A stretch of 64,000 nt of DNA from Deferribacterales bacterium (lineage in GTDB: Bacteria; Chrysiogenota; Deferribacteres; Deferribacterales; Geovibrionaceae). The stretch covers positions 315,006-379,005 of the forward strand of contig JBFWMA010000003.1 of assembly GCA_050251875.1 (NCBI GenBank), written 5' to 3'. The translations under genes and the position numbers were made by a program. Positions 59,467 through 64,000 of this stretch are shown piece by piece; position 1 is the stretch's first letter; each line of letters starts with the position of its first letter. The notes below the pieces were generated by a model. The model had not been told where the DNA came from and did no database searches. It saw only the letters and a program-made list of their open reading frames with translations.

Positions 59467-59551
59467 TGCCTAGGACGGGAATCGAACCCGTACAGGAGTA
59501 AATCCCGAGGGATTTTAAATCCCTTGCGTCTACCAATTCCGCCACCCAGGC
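59467..59551 (-). tRNA. tRNA-Leu (anticodon UAA)
   Basis: GCCTGGGTGGCGGAATTGGTAGACGC-AAGGGA-TTTAAAA-TCCCT...GGGTTCGATTCCCGTCCTAGGCA; long variable arm; CCA not encoded. Confidence 0.95.
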
Positions 59552-59590
59552 AAACTTATTTGAAAAAGTAACATCTAGTATTGAATTATA

Positions 59591-59676
59591 AAATCCCGAG
59601 GGATTTGATGCCGAACTTCGTTCGCCACTCCTAAAGGAGGAAATCCGCTTGCGTCTACCAATTCCGCCACCCAGGC
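59591..59676 (-). pseudogene. truncated, interrupted duplicate of the tRNA-Leu 5' part
   Basis: Matches 59500-59551 except for a 34-nt insert (59607-59640) in the anticodon loop and one extra base; it has no T-arm and no 3' acceptor strand. Confidence 0.85.
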
Positions 59677-59721
59677 AGTGTTATAAACCGTCCAGAAATT
59701 TAACAGTTTTGTCCTTCAAGG

Positions 59722-60756
59722 TCAATTAAATATCACAGAGACGTCAGACTTTTCTGTCACACGTCCGATTATATCGGAGTCTTCATATCCTACAGATTTC
59801 AGAACTCTCACCATCGCCTCAGCGTCTTTCTCCGCCACGCCTATCAGCAGTCCGCCGGATGTCTGCGGGTCGAAATATACCATGTGGCTGTTGTCGGGAG
59901 CCTGTTTAAACACACACTGATCTTTTACAAATTCCATGTTTGAATAGGCGCCCGCAGGAATAATGAACTGAGAGGCGAATTCCTTTGCCCCGTCCTGAAC
60001 ATGTATCCTGTCGGTAAAAAACTCTACTGTAACGCCGGAGCCGGAAGCCATCTCGTTTCCGTGTCCAGCCAGACCGAAGCCTGTCACGTCTGTGCAGGCG
60101 GATACGTCAAACTGGCGCAGGATGCCTGCGGCGTTTTTGTTGCTGAGCGTCATGGTTTTAATGACTTCTGCGGCGTATTCGTCATTGCACAGCCCCGCTT
60201 TGATAGCGGTGGTGATGAGCCCTATGCCCAGCTTTTTCGTGTATATCAGCACATCATTCTGACGGAGTCCGACATTGCGGTAGAATTTTTTGTCTTTTAT
60301 AAGCCCGGTGACTGAGAATCCCAGCTTGATCTCGGCATCGTCCACAGTGTGTCCGCCGCACAGAGAGCAGTTCACAGCGGCGAATTCGTCAGCGGCTCCC
60401 TGCATCATGGCTCTGATGTCGTCCTTGTCCACGGAACAGCTGTATGAAAAAACGCTGAGTGCGGAAACCGGAACCCCGCCCATGGCGTATACATCGCTCA
60501 TGGAGTTCAGGGCGGAAATACGTCCGAATGTGTATGCGTCATCCACCACGGGGGTGATAAAGTCAACTGTCTGAACAAGATAGCCTGAATCGCCGATATC
60601 GAGCACAGCGGCATCGTCTCCTGTTTCGAACCCCACAAGGAGCTTTTCGGGGCGGTAGAGCTTCAGACCATTAAGTACCTGCGACAGGTCACCCGGACCC
60701 ATCTTAGCGGCTCAGCCGGCGGCTTTTGCGTAGGCTGTCAGACGTTTTTTGTCCAC
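59722..60756 (-). CDS. selD: selenide, water dikinase SelD, selenocysteine-containing (UGA at codon 15)
   Basis: AGGAG RBS, GTG 60756, then MDKKRLTAYAKAAG-TGA(60712-60714)-AAKMGPGDL, in frame with the track ORF; DDAAV, TVDFITP, GGHT, TDVTGFGL and DPQTSGGLL. Confidence 0.92.
60673..60694 (-). promoter_or_regulatory. candidate bacterial SECIS hairpin in selD
   Basis: GGGU-G-ACCUG-UCG-CAGGU-ACUU hairpin beginning 17 nt after the UGA. Confidence 0.6.
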
Positions 60757-60833
60757 ACACATCTCCTTGTTGAAATAAAAAAGGGCGTAAAGGGACAAAA
60801 GCCCGGTTACGCCCTGATATTATAATCGGAAAA

Positions 60834-62144
60834 TTATTTATGAAGCTCTTTACAAGCCTGATAAATATATTTGAACAGCTCAGGAGTGTCGGCTTCATCC
60901 AGACAGGAGAACGCCAGACGCAGGTCTGTGCTTCCGGAAGAGATGGTGCCTATGCCGTATTTGTCCAGAAGATAAACACGGAGCTGTTCGGCGTCCAGAT
61001 TTTTCAGTCTGAGGCACATGAAATATCCGGAGTTGAAAGGATAAGCTGTGAATTCATCTGAGAAGTCGTTCTCAGCCAGAACTTTTTTGAAGCTCTTTGC
61101 GCGTCCTTTCATAATTCTGACTTTCTCAGCTCTCTGCTCTTCGAATTTAGGATCGTTGAGCGCTTTCAGGATGATAGACTGAGAGTTGTGAGGACAGTTG
61201 GAGATTGTGCCTCTGATAAGACCTGTCAGCTTTTTCTCCAGAGCGGCCATCATGCCTTTCTGGTCTGCGCCGGCTGTCTGACCGAATGTCACGAATCCCA
61301 CACGGAATCCCCATACGAAGTGTTCTTTGGTGGATCCGTCCAGCTTGATGGGGAGCAGGTTTTTGCTTCTGCCGACCAGCAGGCTGAAAACAGATTCGGG
61401 GTAGATGTCGTCTTCGTAGAAAAGACCGAAGTAAGCATCATCCGCAACGACAACAACCTTAACGCCTGATTCGGCGATGGCTGTCAGCCCGTCAGCAATG
61501 GCGTGCGCCTCTGACACTGTGGGGGCATAGCCGGAGGGGTTGTTGGGGAAGTTCAGGATAACCATTACTTTTCCCTTGATGCGGGCTACTTCACGGCATT
61601 TTTCCAGAAGGGCGTCTACATTGTATCCGCCGTTATCATTGAATGTCTTGAATGTTGATATTTCAGCTCCGCCGATGGTGGCATATGTCAGGCGGTAGTT
61701 GCCCCAGAACATATCGGGCAGAACAAGAGTGTCGCCCTTTTCCAGGAACATGTCGCCAACCAGCTTCAGACCATGTGTCAGAGCGTTGGTAACCACGGGC
61801 AGACTGAGAGTTTTTCCTGCCAGAGTGGGGTTGTCTTTAAGAATTTTTTCCGCCCAGCGCTTTCTCAGCTCGGGTTTACCGGATGAGGGAGCATAGGTGA
61901 AAAGGTCGGATGCTGACATGTCGTTAAAATATTTGTATACGCTGTCGAGGTACATGGGACCTTTTTTATCTGTGGCGATGCCGATAGTCACGTTGAATTT
62001 ATGCGCCTTCTCTTTTGCTTCAGCGGACTGCGTAATAATGCCTTTAGGCATAAATAGGTTCTTCCCGAGGTCGGAGAGCATCTCCAGAACGATGGGGCTG
62101 TCTTTTGCGATCTGTTCGTTAAGCTCTTTGGCTAATGGATTCAT
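60834..62144 (-). CDS. class I/II PLP-dependent aminotransferase
   Basis: NFPNNPSGY, DDAYFGL, PLP Lys in KLDGSTKE, and WGFRVGF; GGAGG RBS. Confidence 0.9.
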   Translation of the reverse strand: MNPLAKELNEQIAKDSPIVLEMLSDLGKNLFMPKGIITQSAEAKEKAHKFNVTIGIATDKKGPMYLDSVYKYFNDMSASDLFTYAPSSGKPELRKRWAEKILKDNPTLAGKTLSLPVVTNALTHGLKLVGDMFLEKGDTLVLPDMFWGNYRLTYATIGGAEISTFKTFNDNGGYNVDALLEKCREVARIKGKVMVILNFPNNPSGYAPTVSEAHAIADGLTAIAESGVKVVVVADDAYFGLFYEDDIYPESVFSLLVGRSKNLLPIKLDGSTKEHFVWGFRVGFVTFGQTAGADQKGMMAALEKKLTGLIRGTISNCPHNSQSIILKALNDPKFEEQRAEKVRIMKGRAKSFKKVLAENDFSDEFTAYPFNSGYFMCLRLKNLDAEQLRVYLLDKYGIGTISSGSTDLRLAFSCLDEADTPELFKYIYQACKELHK

Positions 62145-62262
62145 TAAAATACCTCCCAAGTAGAAAAGGCAAAAGTACCCTATTATACTTACTTGACTTT
62201 GTTTTTAAAAGATAAATGTTATAATAGTACATCGATTGATACAAAAAAAATTGGAGGCAGTT

Positions 62263-62766
62263 ATGAGCATTAGTATGCAAAAAGCTCTCAAAACCGCTCA
62301 TGAGGCTGAGAAAGAGGGTATGAAGAATTACCTGAAGTATGCCAAGGCTACCAAGTATGTTAACGGGAAAAATATGTTTATCCAGCTCGCTCTTGATGAG
62401 ATAGATCACATGGAACTGATAGAACAGTTCATGGAAAAAGCGCTGAAGGGCGAGAAAATCACATCTGTGGACGTTCCCAAGAGCCGTCTGGCTAAGTTCA
62501 TGCCCGACCTGAAAGACATCAAAAAAGCCGAAAAAGCTGATGTGTCCGATTCAGATGCTCTGAAAGTGGCTCTGATCCATGAAGAAAAGGCGAGCAAATT
62601 CTATCTGGACGAAGCCGCTAAGGCGGAAGATCCTGAGCTGAAAGCGTTTTTTCAGAAACTTGCCGATGTTGAGCAGAAGCATTATGCCATCATAAAAGCA
62701 GAGCTTGATTTCATGCAGGAAGACGGTTTTTGGTTTGATGCTATGGAGTTTTCTCTCGAAAAATAA
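62263..62766 (+). CDS. rubrerythrin/ferritin-like diiron protein
   Basis: Two ExxH motifs (EIDH, EQKH) with EKEG and EEKA; C-terminal GFWFD. Confidence 0.85.
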   Translation: MSISMQKALKTAHEAEKEGMKNYLKYAKATKYVNGKNMFIQLALDEIDHMELIEQFMEKALKGEKITSVDVPKSRLAKFMPDLKDIKKAEKADVSDSDALKVALIHEEKASKFYLDEAAKAEDPELKAFFQKLADVEQKHYAIIKAELDFMQEDGFWFDAMEFSLEK

Positions 62767-62791
62767 TTTTAGAAAATTTTATGATAAGTAG

Positions 62792-62820
62792 TTGACAAAG
62801 GGGGCGGATATTGATATATT
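62792..62820 (+). promoter_or_regulatory. sigma70 promoter of tRNA-Asn
   Basis: TTGACA, 17 bp spacer, TATATT, then a GC-rich discriminator. Confidence 0.75.
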
Positions 62821-62833
62821 CGCTCCTCGACAA

Positions 62834-62906
62834 TCCCTGATAGCTCAATCGGCAGAGCAATTGACTGTTAATCAATAGGTTGCTGGTTCAAGTCCAGCTC
62901 GGGGAG
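62834..62906 (+). tRNA. tRNA-Asn (anticodon GUU)
   Basis: TCCCTGATAGCTCAATCGGCAGAGC-AATTGA-CTGTTAA-TCAAT...GGTTCAAGTCCAGCTCGGGGAG. Confidence 0.95.
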
Positions 62907-62910
62907 TTTC

Positions 62911-62939
62911 AAAAGCCCTTCATTACGAAGGGCTTTTTT
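62911..62939 (+). terminator. intrinsic terminator after tRNA-Asn
   Basis: AAAAGCCCTTC-attac-GAAGGGCTTTTTT. Confidence 0.8.
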
Positions 62940-63012
62940 ATTTTGTGCAGTATCTGGAATTTTATCAAAAAATCTTATGTCAGCACAATGTAAGCAGCGT
63001 TTTTTGACATTA

Positions 63013-63258
63013 TCATTTTGACCCCATCGCAATCATGCACATGAGCTGGCATTCCCTGAAAAGCAAGTTGCCCCCTGATTTGGTGTGCGGAATCTTATCC
63101 TTGCTGCTCCAGTTATAAATGGTCTGCGGAGCCTTTCCTAACAATCTTGCCGCATCTTCAGTTTTCAGCATGTTCTTTTCCATATCCTTATACGGACACA
63201 CTGAATTGGAACGGTAAATACATTTATCGCAATGGTGTATAAGTGCCTCACTTTTCAT
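63013..63258 (-). CDS. excisionase-like helix-turn-helix protein
   Basis: LKTEDAARLLGKAPQTIYNW...IPHTKSGGNLLF; Cys cluster at the N-terminus. Confidence 0.75.
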   Translation of the reverse strand: MKSEALIHHCDKCIYRSNSVCPYKDMEKNMLKTEDAARLLGKAPQTIYNWSSKDKIPHTKSGGNLLFRECQLMCMIAMGSK

Positions 63259-63515
63259 CTGTTCTCGCCTCCTGTTCATAAAAGGCTACTGATTTATTGG
63301 AAGTAAAAATGTGGTATTTTGGAATTTGAGTAGATTTTTCTGGCAGAAATATTTTTTGATTTTTATGTTGTTTGTTGCCTGAGAATCGGTATTTTGAGCC
63401 TGTAACTTTCTGATGTGTAATTGCAATTAAAGAATGTGGTTTTTTGGGAAGGGTAATGAAAGAGCGTGCCCTCGCAAAATGTTGAGGGCACTTTTGCTAA
63501 GTTTTTTAGAATTAT

Positions 63516-63854
63516 CTACTCAGCAGGTATCCTTTCAAGGCTTATATCATCAAGGACAATGTGATTGTTGTCTATTACTCTCGCTACTTTTATTTTTTCC
63601 TGTGTGGTTATAAGAATTCTGTTTCCACCATCTGATTTTACTTTTAAGATTTCTTCTATTTCCATTGGTATTTTAAAATCATCTGAACCAACTGTAAGCT
63701 GCATCGCTTTTTTATTCATATTTATAATATAAGTGACTTCTTGATTCAGAAGCTTGCCTTTCCATTTTCCATGAAGAACCTTTGATTTATTATCGTGGAA
63801 AACAATAATTAAGATTATCAAAACTAAAGTACCTATAATTAGCTTTTTTTTCAT
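63516..63854 (-). CDS. hypothetical exported protein
   Basis: N-terminal hydrophobic segment, LHGKW motif, AGGAG RBS, downstream hairpin; AT-rich. Confidence 0.65.
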   Translation of the reverse strand: MKKKLIIGTLVLIILIIVFHDNKSKVLHGKWKGKLLNQEVTYIINMNKKAMQLTVGSDDFKIPMEIEEILKVKSDGGNRILITTQEKIKVARVIDNNHIVLDDISLERIPAE

Positions 63855-64000
63855 AATTCACTCCTGTCAGAAATAATAACTCAAGTTTCGCATCTTGATA
63901 TAGTGCGATAACTTGTTGTTATAGCTAGGATAACAATAGAAAAAGTCTCACATAGATGGTATATTGATTTTCCAATAACAATTACATCAAGGAGACTTTT

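Larger units (their letters stand above)
62940..64000. mobile_element. probable left end of an element integrated at tRNA-Asn
   Basis: Sharp AT increase after the tRNA, an excisionase-like gene and an 11-bp-period direct repeat. No integrase is present in the window. Confidence 0.5.

Noticed and set aside
59607..59640. Group I intron in tRNA-Leu(UAA)
   Set aside because: The position fits, but 34 nt is far too short for a catalytic core and the host copy lacks its 3' half.

Overview
This is a 64 kb bacterial chromosomal segment of moderate GC. The gene style and content suggest an anaerobic respirer, possibly Deferribacterales-like (inference only). From left to right it holds: a TetR-AcrA-AcrB efflux operon (acrB is cut by the window edge); two orphan sensor kinases; racemase, Ada-type, CCG-domain and GGDEF genes; a Tat-exported split-Soret-like diheme protein with a cytochrome b; LysR and a PecS/PecM-like MarR-EamA pair; a polyamine-type ABC operon with a PHP hydrolase; and an aminoethylphosphonate operon (ABC transporter, a PhnX-PbfA-like fusion, phnW). 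Next comes an accessory block of an NlpC/P60 lipoprotein, a lipoprotein paired with a vitellogenin/MTP-like protein, and an AT-rich DUF4062-TPR gene ending at tRNA-Sec. The right half carries a phosphotransfer/HDOD/PP2C cluster, menG and two UbiD homologues, an ABC transporter, a GIY-YIG gene bracketed by CGTC-tagged palindromic repeats, thiD-dnaE, comEC-thiF-thiS and mrp. It ends with tRNA-Leu surrounded by tRNA-derived fragments, a UGA(Sec)-containing selD, an aminotransferase, a ferritin-like protein, and tRNA-Asn at the edge of a probable integrated element. The best leads for new biology are the apparently split large-lipid-transfer-protein pair, the GIY-YIG/REP module with covarying hairpins, the tRNA-Leu fragment locus and the PhnX-PbfA fusion. 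All family calls come from motif recognition by eye; no database search was run.
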